A stretch of DNA of 26,492 nucleotides from Trichoplax adhaerens. Its lineage: Eukaryota > Animalia > Placozoa. Positions 1-13,600 of this stretch are shown here, piece after piece. The DNA is taken from positions 493,892-520,383 of the forward strand of contig NW_002060963.1 in assembly GCF_000150275.1 (NCBI RefSeq), given 5' to 3'. Position numbers and translations under genes: made by a program. How positions within the stretch are numbered: the stretch's first letter is position 1; the number at the start of each line of letters is the position of its first letter. The notes below the pieces were generated by a model that searched no databases, had not been told where the DNA came from, and saw nothing but the letters and a program-made list of their open reading frames with translations.

Positions 1-803
1 GACAACATGGCATGGCCTAGTAGTATTAGACAGTCCTTAATCTTCTTGATACTGTCGATATACAAGGATAGCAGAGTGTTATGCAAGCCAACTGCATGCC
101 TCAACGAGCCAAGCCAAGCAACAATCGTAATCCACTATCCCATTCTCAAATTCACATCTCAATGGATTCTATACTAAACTACACCTACTAGCTCAAACCT
201 TGCTACCATCTTATACTAAACAATCAATGGCTGCATTTTTTTTTTCCACCTTCCTACTCACATGGCGATGACAACCGACAGGACAGGATTCCTCTTCTCC
301 AATATCACTGAAATCAGTCATACATAGTCAATAGTCTATCGCTTACTGTAGTAGCCTTGATAGGATAGCTTACTTCATTCACCAAGCATACCAAGGAAGG
401 ACTATTTTACCCCCAACGAAAGGATTACCCAATCGACTATGCGTCAAGTCATCCTATTTCATCTTGCTGTAGTACAGTAGATCTACTATACGATCATCAT
501 TTCAATTTTTTGTATCATCATCATGACCTCCTCTGGCTCCTGATAGTGTCAATCCTGCACTCAGGCAGGTTGATTTTGCAGTTTCCCACAATTCTGTTAC
601 ATTACCTTCAATAAAATTATATAGACAGTAATTATAATTATAATCAGTCTTATCTCGATGTCTTCATGGATCAACAACCTTCTTACAGTACAGTCATAAT
701 ACCTATCCTCTACAATAAATCATTAATTGAAACCATCACTATTCTTTCTTTTTCACTATCTTGTATGCCAACCTTAGATTACAAAATTAATCGGAACACA
801 GCT

Positions 804-3800
804 ATGGCAGTACATGCTATGTTCAATAATGCAGCACCACCGTTACACGTCCAAAGCTTGGAGAAAGCTGTGGAAGTGAAACCGTTAATCCATTACATCG
901 ATGCTTTGGTCAAAGATCCAAAGCGAGACCTTTACAGGTGAGTCCAAATCAACTGGTATGGCTAAACGACCGTCTAAAGAATATTTCTTATTGTAGTAAC
1001 TACGCTGGTTAAACTACGCTTTATAACATCGATGTTGTAATACCCTATCATACCCTTTTTATTCTACCATAATCTCCTGAGTGTGATATGTGTATATAGT
1101 GCGCTTTTCAATACCTTACCACCTCTTGATATTAGTCTTATACTTACAATCATAGGCGAAGATGAATAGATGTCATGGTATTTTAGTAGACACTAAGTTA
1201 CAACGCTAAAAAAAAAGCTTGAACATACGGTATACTATAGTAAGAGCCTTGATTGAAGGACTCTACTCTAGCTTCTTGATCAATTACAATTTATTATCCA
1301 TACACTTACTCGATAGTCGTTAGTACAGTAGTAAACAAATAGCAGCATCCAAATGAGTGATATACCACTTGCTCTGTATCAAAACTATCAGCTTACCTTC
1401 TCTACTAAATAAATGTCCTTGCTATCTTAACTTTAACAAATCCCTATGCAATATCACAATTCAGCTTGAAGGGATCCATGGGCTACAGATAAATAATGAA
1501 TTAACCTCCAATATTGTGATGAGTAGGCAAAAGTGTAGTGTTGCATAGAATTTTATAAAGTAATTCTAATGCACTTTTCAACAGGTACTATACTCCCTTT
1601 TTGAGATTCTCAAGTCGTGCATAATGCTTTTACGTAACGTACAATTTATATTGCTATAATTCAAATACAGTCAATGTCAACGGTACTTAGGTTATTTTAT
1701 CCAGTGTTAAAAACTTACTCTTTCAGTATTACTAACAACTATATGTATGTTACAATGTACAGTAGCATACAAAATTCAAGATCAAATTGTCCTTCACCTA
1801 TGCAAGTAGATACCCTATCCAAATACTGTGTTGTTACCTTTTAGAGATCCTAACTCAGTAGCTAACTGTACAACAAGGACATTTCTTGCTTTTAAGAAAC
1901 TTTGAATAACTTTTCCAAAGGTAGCCAATTTACAGTATAATAATGACATCATAATCGTCTAAATACACAGCTATAAGATAAACTCGACCATCCATCATTA
2001 GTAAGTAATTGTCATCATCATTTTCTTAAGTAAAGCCAATAATCGACTGTAATACATAGTTTATAATGCAATTGAACTTTAAAAACATTGTAAAGAATAA
2101 CAACAATACACAAAGTATGCCACCCTGGTATTTGTAACAGTGCACTGTGCACCTTTGTTATTATTACCAAATCTGAAATACTTGCATCCCTGATAAGTCA
2201 TAAAATAACTTTCGGCAATGCCTATACTGCTCTATTTCACTGGCTTACTTCAACGTATTAAAACCTTAATTGCATTATATACTGTATATTTAAAGTTTTT
2301 CAACGTACAAAATCAAAGGTACATCATGAATTACGTCTAGCAACTATATTTCTGTATGATGTTTACGAGTATTGTTGGATACAAGTGAAGCATTTTTAGT
2401 GCAATTGTACAGTTATTATTGCAACTATAATTTCCTTCTATTTTAGATAAATTATATATCTAAGCATTGTTGCGGTAATTTTTTAGTACGATAATAATTT
2501 TAAATCATGCTATGCATAGTATCCATTAAGTTGTAATTAATAGTGTTTTACAAAGATAATCAAAAATTTTCGCTACATTTACTCTATGAGATCAGAGATG
2601 ACTGTACTTCCTCTTGATATAAGTTAGGTACATTCTGAAGACATGATATTTGAACTGTGTACATGCACGTTGCAATAGCTGTGTTTGCCTGAGAGAAATC
2701 ATACTTGATAAAAGTAGTCGCTTTTCCTGATCTTTTCTTCAACATTATATATTTTATAGGACCGATGATGATAGATATAACGAGGAAAAAGTTTCGAATG
2801 GTATTATTGATCGTAAATCGGATAAGCGATTTTGGAAAGGGATAATCAGTAAGTGCAAAAATTATTCAATATTAATTGAATAGCTACCTAAATTCCATGA
2901 TCGGTATGTCAAGTTCACGGTATTAATAAAACATTCATTGTGTGCTCTGTATCTAATTGGAAAGCGAGAATATTTTAAGATCTTATCCATTACCATATAC
3001 GCGTATATAGATATAATTTGATGTGTGTTATTCTTTCTTGATAGAAAACAAAGATAAAAAAAAAACAAGTTATAACTTTGCAAATGTCAATAAAAGTAGA
3101 AGATGGCTGCAGGTACATTTATTTATATTGATATTGATATATGCTACTGGTATAAGATTAACTATTTACAGTCAATTCCATTGCATACATAACTATCCCT
3201 CTTTATTACCGATAATTTAACAACGATCGGAATGCTAGGTATAATGTTAATAACGCTACAATAATTATCGTTGCTAATCCTATTGTCCTGCTCGCACTTT
3301 TAGGATATGTTACTGTCTGAAAGTTCTGAATCCTCTACTGATGATTGCACTATGACACACGATGATCTGATTGTATTATTGAAATTACATAAACGAAAAC
3401 GAAAATACCAGAATGTATTTTCTCGTAAGAAGGAGGTAATTTAAGTTATAAATGATTCTGTGTCGATTATTAGAGCATAACTAACTACATCAATGGATAC
3501 TATTAGTTAAAACAATACAAGTATTATTCCTCTGGCTTACTTTTGGAAGAAGACAAGTATGTCGAACCGAAATCAAAAAAAAGTAAAAAGAAATCTAAGC
3601 AGAAGCATAAGAAATGTTCGTATTTTAATCTACTTTACCACGCTTATTGAATTGTACAGTTTGCGTACTTTGCTATACGATTTAAAAAAAATAATTGTAA
3701 TAATCAGTAAACGTTTCATTTAATTTAGATGCGGAGATCGAACATGTTAAGGCTGAAAAAGGAAAAAGAGGTAGAAAGAAAAAAGCCACTAAAGAGGTTA

Positions 3801-6800
3801 CACCAAAGGTAGTATATATAATAAGACGCAATCAATAGATTACCACTGTCGTATATTTCCACTGAAATGGCTAAATTTTCCTGATTTAGAAATCGAGTGA
3901 AAAGGATACAGTAAATGAAGACGGTAGTGTATCAGTTGAAAAAGTGGTTAAAAAAGTAAAATCTCGCCGTCAAGAGATTGAAATCATCCGTAGAAAAATA
4001 TGGATAGCTATTTCTAGAAAGGAGGCTATCAAGGTATATTCAATGAACTGCCTTCAATATATTTAGCTTAATAACATTCATTTCGTATTGCTGATTTTTC
4101 TTAGGCACAACGTGCGAGGTCGAATATTCAACATAACACTTTAATCAATCTAAAGAAAGTGTCACAACTCTGTCAAAAAGAGATCCGTCGTAAAGCTATT
4201 AAATCTCAACGTACTTCCAAGGATATTTTACCGAGGTCAAAGCGATTGGTCAAAGAAGTGAGCGATTATTCCGTATATCTATTTTGATGGCTATCCTAAT
4301 TATTTAAGATTGTTGCAAATTATCATAATTGATCACGTATCATGATAATTTAGATGCTTCTATATTGGAGAAAATATGAAAAAGTAGAAAGAGAACATAG
4401 GAAACGTGCTGAGAAAGAAGCACAAGAGCAGAGACGCTTAGATGAAGAAATAAGAGAGGTATAAACATTTTGGAATTAACTTGAAAATGTTTTAACAATG
4501 GCGAATATTTAATTCGAGATAATTACTTTAAGGCTAAACGACAGCAAAGAAAGCTCAATTTCTTAATCACTCAAACGGAGTTGTATGCTCACTTCTTTAG
4601 CAAGAAATTAGGAGGTATTTAATATTTGAATTATTTTTATTACAAATTTATTCGTAATCGATGTACTATAAATAATCCATACTACTTTTAGTCGCTGAAA
4701 AAAATGACGCTACCGAAGAACAAATATTATCAAAACTTGAAGACGGTGATCAATCGCGAGAGATTACAACAAACTCCGGAATAATAGTAGACACCAACGT
4801 CGATGATTACGGTATTTCATACTTTTCTTGATAAAATTATAAATTATTTCTGCAAAGTAAAAATTGAAATGAACTTTTAATTCACAGATGATGATTTAAT
4901 GAAAGAACAAGTTATCAAAAATGTTCAAGATGCTCTCAACTTACAACAAGCAAAGGTAGTTGAAAAATGATCTATTCCAAAGCATGTTGAATGATCGTGC
5001 TCTGTAGTAAATTATATTTTCTTATTACAGACCCATAAATACGATCTCGATAAGCATGCCTCATCTGGTAAGTGTCGCATTGATTGCTATAGGAAGTTTC
5101 TAATTATGAGTTGAAAAATTTAAGTAACTGAGTCCAATTTTTGACTTGACAGCTTTTGGAGAATTCAGTTTAGCAAATCCATCAATTAGTACTGAAACGT
5201 CATTTCCACAGCCAATGATGTTTCAAGGACAACTGAAAACTTACCAACTGAAGGTAACATTTTTACTTTTGTATCTTTAATTTGATGACGTGATACATTA
5301 ATTCATAGTTTATAATGCTGCATTAATGATAATAGGGTATGAACTGGTTGGCAAATTTATACAATCAGGTGAATTGACTGCATTACAATCCGGAATTAAA
5401 TATTACTATGAAAGTACTTGTTTCTCAGGCATTACTAGTGCAGCAGCTATTATAAGTATCATTCTCTATTTTTAGGGTATCAATGGCATACTGGCAGACG
5501 AAATGGGACTTGGTAAAACCGTTCAATCTATTGCATTACTTTCTTATCTTTCGGAGGTTAGAATATATAATTCTATAAATATTACCTAGTAGCTATTAAG
5601 TGATTGCTTAGAACCTCCAAATAATTCCATTTGTTTATTGTAAAGACCCAAAATATTTGGGGACCATTCATGGTGATAGCTCCTGCTTCCACTCTACATA
5701 ATTGGCAGCAGGAATTCATGAAATTCACTCCAAAATTCAAGGTAAGTTATCCTAAAGTAGACCCCGCAAATACTCTCCTGCAGCTAGGCATCAGTTAACT
5801 CATGTTTGGGCAATAAAATTGATAGGTTTTGCCATACTGGGGAAATCAGAGCGATCGAAAAGCATTGCGAAAATTTTGGTCACAGGTAGATCTAAACCTA
5901 TTTCCAATATATTCTTATAATGGCGTCTTCTAAAATTTTACCGATATCATTGCAGAAAGAATTTACCGCTGACGACTCGCCTTTTCATGCTCTAATAACA
6001 AGTTATCAATTGGTAAAATTAAATATGATTAGTTACTCTATTGTAAAGAACTAGTTTATCTAAGCAAAGTTTAACGTCTCTATTACCTACAGATTGTTCA
6101 AGATATGCGATATTTTCAAAAGATTAATTGGCAATATATGGTCCTTGATGAAGCGCAAGCGTTAAAGAGTAGCTCAAGTGCACGATGGAAAATACTCCTT
6201 AGCTTCAATTGTCGTAATCGACTACTATTAACTGGAACTCCAATTCAGAATAGCATGGCTGAGGTACACATTCATTTGTATGCTATTCATTGCATTCCAA
6301 TTTAACTAGTAAACTAGGCCTAATCTCCTTTTCATTTCTCCTCAGTTATGGGCACTTTTGCATTTTATAATGCCTACACTATTTGACTGCCATCAAGAAT
6401 TTAATGAATGGTTTTCGAAAGATATCGAAAGTCATGCTGAAAATAAATCAGCCATTGATGAAAGTAAATTACTCATGACGTAGTAAACACTTAACATTTT
6501 CAGTATTAAACTTCTTCGTAACATAAATACTTGGGATAGTTTGTAAAGTATGAAGTGTAACTAATTGAATTTCATGGTTAGACCAACTTTCACGCCTCCA
6601 TATGATACTCAAGCCCTTCATGTTAAGAAGAATAAAGAAAGACGTAGAAAATGAGATGGCCGAAAAAGTAATTTAAGCAACTTAATTTGAGTACTGTTTT
6701 AATTGAACAATATCTATTTAAATTTACAACGTAGCCTTTTAGCAATTTATTCCTCTTTGTTAAAAGATCGGTATGTGTAATCATATTTTTATTGACAATA

Positions 6801-9779
6801 CTGACGGTATTTTCTGGCAACTAGATCGAAATTCGTCTTACTTGTGAACTTACTAGCCGTCAGACGCTATTATATCAAGCTTTACGAAGGAAAATTTCGA
6901 TAGAAGATCTAGTACATTCATCGCATTCCTCTTCAAATTCCGCTGCAACTAGTAGTCTAATGAACCTCGTTATGCAATTTAGAAAGGTTAATAATAATAG
7001 TGATAGAAACGATAGTAGGATACATTAATGTCAATTAAATAAACTATCTTTGCACGATTTAAGGTCTGTAATCATCCCGAACTATTCGAGCGAAGAGATG
7101 TAAGATCTCCAATGTGGATGAAGGCGATAAAGTATCAGTTACCAAAATTAATACATAACGAAGGTATCTAAAAGTATCAACTTTCAATCCATTGAAATAT
7201 TGTATTAGATAAAAGCTGATATAGGTTTTTTGCCTCATCTCTGGATAAATTACGTAGGCATGAATTTAGCAACTTATAAAATTAAGAAATCAAGGTAATC
7301 TTAGCCTATATTTCACAATTTAAGCCGATCTTTTTAATGCTAGTAGCTATCAATGTTATATTTGTACCTGCGACTACTATTTTAATTGAAATGTACTTTA
7401 TTATTATTTTTTAGATATTTTATGACCGATCTTAATCTAACGAACCCTTTCCACGTGTATAACTCGTTATTCAAAGTATCCACATTAGGTAGGATAAATT
7501 TAAATTTCGAAGGTTGCTTGCCAATTTTTGCTGCCGTTACAAATTAAAATGACGATTTATACTGTCATAGATTATTCCAATGGTTACTCCTTTACAAGAT
7601 TTATTAATCTTTCACCTGCTGAATTTTCAGCTATTACTTCTTCATTAAATCAGACAAGGTTCGCTAACCTATAGTTGATATTTTTTTACGTTATGTTGAA
7701 TTGATTCGCCACTAATTTTTCATATCTAATTTCACCAGATTATCAATGATGAATACCACAATGGAACATGCCATTCAAATATACTTTAGACATATGTTAA
7801 GAGTAAACTATCCAGAATGTAGAGAAGAACTTTATAGGTAACGTAGCTCTATTGATTATGTAAGTTTATTTATAAACTATTGCCTATCGTAACCAATTTT
7901 TTGTATTTATTTATAGTTACACGAAAAATTATTTCTTGATACTGTGGCCGACATTTCGTTGCTCTTTTCCTTCATCTCGCTTTAGTAGTTGCCTTCGTAA
8001 CTTGATATTTACAAGCTATACGAATGCTGTTATATCTCATCAAGATCACCACATTTATTCAAAGGCTTCAGCTATCCACAATAATATTTTGGCTTCGGTG
8101 TGCTCGTCGTCTATTACTCAAGTCTCTAGTTTAGACGGTGGTAATGAAGAAAATGTAGAGGAAATTGATGTGGAAACGTCACAGAAATTGAATAATACGT
8201 CGTCACCTAGCCATCAGGTTACGAACAGTAAATCCACCATACTTAAAACAATGCCTACGACATGCCCGTCATTTTTAGTTTGCTATATACCGAAAGCTAT
8301 TGCTCCAAATGTTAGTACTTATTGTGTTGATCGTGGTGCGGCCAATAAGGACATAGAAACATCATCTATGAAAAGTCTCTCAAGTTGGTATCCTGCACGG
8401 AAAGGCACCAAGTTACGAGAGGGTCTTCATACTAGTCTACGTAACGTAATAGATTGGGAAGTAGTACGGCCTCTCAATGGATGGTCATATATGGCAATTC
8501 CGGATAAAAAATCGCTAGTTACAGATAGTGGAAAATTGCGAATTTTAGATGTGCTACTTAAAAAATTAAAATTTGAAGGACACCGCGTCCTGATCTATTC
8601 ACAAATGACGAGAATGATTGATCTATTGGAAGAATATATGGGATTTAGAAAACATATATATATGCGATTAGACGGATCGTCCAAAATATCTGATAGACGT
8701 GATATGGTAGCCGATTTTCAAAGTAAATCTGATATATTTGCGTTTTTATTAAGCACAAGAGCAGGAGGTCTAGGAATAAACTTAACCGCTGCCGATACCG
8801 TAATATTTTACGATAGCGATTGGAATCCAACTGTTGATCAGCAAGCAATGGATAGAGCTCATAGATTAGGTCAAACAAAGCAGGTAACTGTTTATCGTCT
8901 GGTAACAAGTGGTACTATCGAAAATCGTATATTGAAACGAGCTCAAGAAAAGAGTGAGATTCAAAAGATGGTAATTTCAGGTGGAAATTTTAAGCCAGAC
9001 GCTTTGAAATCTAGAGAGGTTGTTTCGTTATTGCTTGATGATGATGATTTAGAGAAGAAATTTAAGCAAAAGGAAGAGGAAAGAAAAGCCTTAGGTGGGC
9101 AATCCAAAGAGCGGAAGAAAAAGAGAGAAAATGGAACTGATAAACCACCAGCCAAACGTGGAAGAAAGAAGAAACAGCCAGTTATTGTAGATGTCGAAAC
9201 TATCGATAAACCGATTGAGTTTGTAACAAATAGCGCGAACGGAAGTTTATCTGGACTGGAGGGAATGTCGATAGATGGTGAAATTGAACAAGCAGATGAT
9301 ATAGATAATGCTAATATCTCTGTTACCGAAGTTGGTAGCGAAACTTCCAGTATTCCTGATAATCAATTACAGATGTCGCCTATCGATGTCGAGAAAAGTC
9401 GAGGTCGAGGTCGAGGTCGAGGTAGAGGTAGAGGAGTAGGGCTGGAGGCACAACTGGAGGTGCAGGAAGTACAAGAGGTCGTCGGTCCACTAGAGGGAGT
9501 AGAGGAGGACGTGGCGGAAGAGGAGGCGGTGCAGCTGCTGCGGCAGCTGCGGCCGCTGCTGGTGCTGCAGCAGGAGCAGCCGCCGCATTTGCCGCTTACG
9601 GTTACAATTTAACAGCTCCCTCTGCTAATTTAGCAATAGGAAGATCGTTACGAACATCTAGATCTGCGGGTTCAATTGCCTCAAATAGCGCAATATCTCA
9701 TGAAGCTTCAAATCGAACTAGCCCTGCATCTTCCACCCCTGCAACGCCTTTGTCGTTAGGCAGTCAAGAAACAAATTAA
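804..9779 (+). CDS. INO80: Chromatin-remodelling ATPase INO80 (SNF2 family), 29 coding exons; ~1459 aa as read, ~1515 aa if a -1 frameshift at ~9435 is corrected
   Basis: Hand-built GT-AG exon chain, all phases compatible: 804-937, 2760-2848, 3045-3112, 3304-3435, 3507-3615, 3729-3808, 3890-4033, 4105-4257, 4354-4458, 4533-4614, 4692-4811, 4888-4955, 5031-5067, 5153-5253, 5336-5368, 5476-5556, 5646-5741, 5826-5885, 5956-6012, 6093-6263, 6346-6463, 6582-6667, 6825-6986, 7064-7163, 7258-7294, 7415-7488, 7571-7658, 7739-7837, 7917-9612/9779. Motifs: N-terminal [11 protein letters not shown] and [13 protein letters not shown]; DBINO/HSA region ([21 protein letters not shown]); Walker [13 protein letters not shown]; INO80-diagnostic DEAQ box ([17 protein letters not shown]); split-ATPase insertion; HELICc (DSGKL...[44 protein letters not shown]); C-terminal [10 protein letters not shown] in the -1 frame. 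Start at ATG 804 is likely; an in-frame ATG at 765 and a possible acceptor AG at 776-777 (5'UTR intron) also exist. Confidence 0.96.
9400..9435 (+). repeat. Coding hexamer repeat (CGAGGT/AGAGGT)n encoding an RG dipeptide tract in INO80
   Basis: cgaggtcgaggtcgaggtcgaggtagaggtagagga translates to [12 protein letters not shown]. The apparent frameshift lies at its 3' end. Confidence 0.9.
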
Positions 9780-10677
9780 GCTTTTTCTAGTATTTCCTCT
9801 GTAACATTGCAGTATTATTGTGTTGAAAATGTTGCTTAGGTACCTGTTAGCCGATTGGCTGTTGTGTATAATACAAGATTTGGAGATTACAGTATTTATT
9901 TGTTGAATGTAATTAAGTATCTGTACCGACCTGAACTGAAGCATTCAATACGTGATCTTTATTAAACCATTGAACGCCTTGACTTTGAATTACGATTACT
10001 TGGATTTGATGGCTATGCTGATTTCATGATACTGTAAATTAGGAATGATCATGAATCGATTTATTACGAATTAAGCTTTGCCTTTATATCAAAAGAGCAT
10101 TTTCGGATGTGCGTAGTAATAGTATTACTGGACTTGTGATAGCATTTCGTTTTCTATGATAGCACCATAAATACTATTTATGGTATCAGATGTACAAAAT
10201 AGCGTTGATGCTTATATAAAAGGAATACGATTATTTACCATCACAAACCTGTTTATATTAATATCGTGCCTAACAATAAACAATAACTCTAGCATTCTAA
10301 CATTTTTGCATCTTACTGTACCTACTATTAATTATTATTTGAGTGGTATATCCAATTTAAGCCCCTACCCGATACAGTTTTATATGTAATATTGTAAAGA
10401 TAATATTTCAAATTCTACAGTTATCCAAATTATCTTGATATTGAAAGCAAATTATTTGACGTTGCTACAATCTTCATGCCATTAAATGTTATGATTGCAA
10501 TCTTTAAAGAGATTTATTTATCATCATTGATACGGTCAATAAATCGATATAAAAGCTGTCTTTAAATGCATGTAGTATGTTGAAATTACAATTTACGGAG
10601 AAATCATCATAACTTATAATTTAAGAAGTAATGTAAAGAATAGTTGTTAAATTATTGATAACCAGTCATAATTATTA

Positions 10678-13600
10678 TTATTCATTGGTTGCATATTGCC
10701 ACCAGTATTTAACCAAAGCAGCTGCAGAAAAAACCAAACTTGATGCTGACGCGAGTGATTCGTCTGCACTGATATCGCCGCTGTTCAGTTCGTCATGTGG
10801 TGAATCTGTCATTAGTTCTTTTATTTCGTTTCCTGCTAGGATAGCCAGATCAATAATGTAAAATAAAATCGATTAATCAATACCTATTGATACTTTATAT
10901 TACGCGTAGATAATTATTTATGCAACTTAAACTGCTGTAGATAGACAATCAATATACCGGGAGAAGCGCTATTAATCCAACTCATTTCAACATCATCGCT
11001 ATCAATTTCTGTACTTTGGGTGAGTTCATCTTGATTTTTAGCAAGATCAATATTACTGTCAGTGCATGTATCAAGCAGGAAATAAGTATTCGGATCCAAT
11101 TCATAAATATTTTGTCTGAAAGATCAATAGAAAATACAATTTAATGCAAATTGTATCCTAGATTCTTTCATCAAGATCAAACTTCATCGTTATGTTTTAT
11201 GAAGATCTACCTGCCCAGACAGTCATTATCTGGATCGATGCATAATCTGAGATTTTTCAATATTTCCGTTGAAATTAATTCGTAAGATTTTTGATACTAT
11301 GAAAGCCGAAAAGCAATAAAATGCAAGTTATTGTCTCTTGATACGAATGGAGGCATTATCTAGAAGTATTCCATCTTATCTTTTTCATGCTTATACAGTT
11401 TTTATTTATAAGGTTCATTAAGTAAATTACCTGTAATGAACACAAATAGAGTACATTGTAATTTAACTTAGAAACGGCGGTATCAAACTTTTGGCGATCG
11501 AAAATCATATCTGAAAATTCACTAAAATATTATAGAAGAGAGCTGTAAGTTAATATGAATTAGAACTGTAGCTAAAACGTCAGAAGTACTCTATTAACGC
11601 TTTGATCCTGTTTCAAAATAATAGAATATACGTATAACAACATCATTCAATTATCTATGTAATACCTATAACAGAGCTTATACGGTAGATTGGTATCCAA
11701 ATACATCGATAGAATATTTACAAGTTGGGTAGTATACAGGAAAGCAGCATTAATATGATAGGCCGGATTTTCGAGAAGGGCAGGTACTTCAGTAGCTAAG
11801 ATAAACATGAGGAAGTAAATTATAGTGTTATTGCATTAATAATTATAGATGTTATCATCCGGTCGAAATTTAAAATTTTAAGAGTTCAATCCGTTAGTCG
11901 ATTTTATTTACCAGATCGTTCCGTTGGAATGCTAGAATTTTCTGATACTATTCAAATTGAATAATGTCACTGATCAGGTGAAACTCAAGCTAAAATATGA
12001 CATTTAAAATTAATTTAAAACGATGCTTTGATAATTAATCCAACTTACTCCAAACAAAATATGCTTGGTAATCTCCATTGGTAGGTAGCATAGCACCAAG
12101 AACAGAATGTTTATCATCATTATCGTCATGTAGTGAAACCCATTTGCCATTGACATAAACTGTATTGGATGCCTCAACTAAATCCCATAATTGTTCATCA
12201 GATAGACTGCAATTATCATCACAAGCATCGAATCCTTTATCATCAGCATGACTGCGGTCGCAAGCACTGCGTTGTATCACATTATCTTCGGCAGATTTAG
12301 TACGTATTGGATTAAGATCACTTGATAGTAATTTAGCTGGTATGTGTCTAATTGGAAAGAGATCCCTGACCAATGCTCGAGCATTTTTACAACGAATATT
12401 ATACAACTCTGTAGATAATTTCTCGAGATTGATTTTAGATTGCGATGCATTTACCTAGAGGATGACAAGACATTCAAAAGTTAATATGTCAGTAAGATTC
12501 TTTAAATTATTGTCTCAATATGGATATTTTTAAAGTCGGTCTATTACCACCATTATGTTGTCAATTAAAAGACATGGCTATTGAAGTCAAGAAAAATCAA
12601 ATGCTACATACAATTTTGCTATTCAATTTCGCCTTATATTTTCGGAGAAATTTCTTCCACATTTTACCATTTTTCTTCATTAATTCAATATTAGAGTAGA
12701 GTTTTTTTACTTCTTTTCGAACTACAGTGGATAATAATGAATGATAATCATCATTTTGTGTACATGCACTAGTTAATATCCGCGTAATAAAGAAATTTTT
12801 AAACAATCCAGAGTCTAATTTATAAATGAGCGCTTAAGAAATGGTTTGTGAGAGCTAGTGCAGAACCTGTTTCGGTTTCTTTTCTATTGCAATGATAGAG
12901 TGCTTTAAGGCATTGAATCCTGTGTTGCTTTTCTAGGATTTGATTTTTCTGTTATCATGACGAAATAGATTTATAAACTAAGGTTAATATTATAACTATA
13001 ACGTACGATAATAAAGAGTCCTAATAACACGAGTACGCCGTATTGAATATGGAGTTCACTCTGTTTACGATAGTTGCATACGGATTTTGAATCATTATTG
13101 TTGATGCTAATTTTTAATACGACAATACTTACTGTACTTAGAGCAATTTCATGTTTCATCAACGTTTGATTTATCCTGTAGAAATTGAAATCCATTGCAA
13201 GTAAATCATTTGTGTTATTAATTTTTCAAATTATTGTGTACGATAATACTGGTATGATGGAGAAAATGGATTATATCATTTTCGATCTGTTTTATAGAAT
13301 ATTCAACGGGATGGTATTATACTGCAGCTACTACTACCTATGAGTAAGTTAGACGTTAAACAATTCAACGAAGGAAAATTAAAAAGATATTGGCTCTACA
13401 ACGCGTTTTACATCAATCTTGTTGACAAGACATTCCAATGAGATCAATAAGATTATGTACTCTATGCTACTCTATTGTATCCTTCAACACTAGACTCAAC
13501 TTGTCAGTCCAGTAGCAGATTATTCTTGAATGATTAATAATATGTAATGTGGGTGCATGATACAGGAAATACATTTCCACAACAGAACATAATATTACTA

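Noticed and set aside
340-400. Minus-strand GTAAGC donors, one preceded by ATGAA, as the first exon of a gene divergent from INO80
   Set aside because: Too little sequence in the window to support a coding chain.
2353-2412. C/D snoRNA-like segment in INO80 intron 1 (CTGTA-TGATG...TACAG)
   Set aside because: Imperfect C box and no CTGA D box next to the terminal stem.
8645-9155. Antisense ORFs inside the INO80 terminal exon
   Set aside because: Shadow ORFs of a long coding exon with no independent signal.
9420-9445. Programmed -1 ribosomal frameshift or small intron as the explanation of the INO80 frame change
   Set aside because: No slippery heptamer; candidate GT-AG pairs of suitable phase are purine-rich, lack a pyrimidine tract, or are too short (44 nt).
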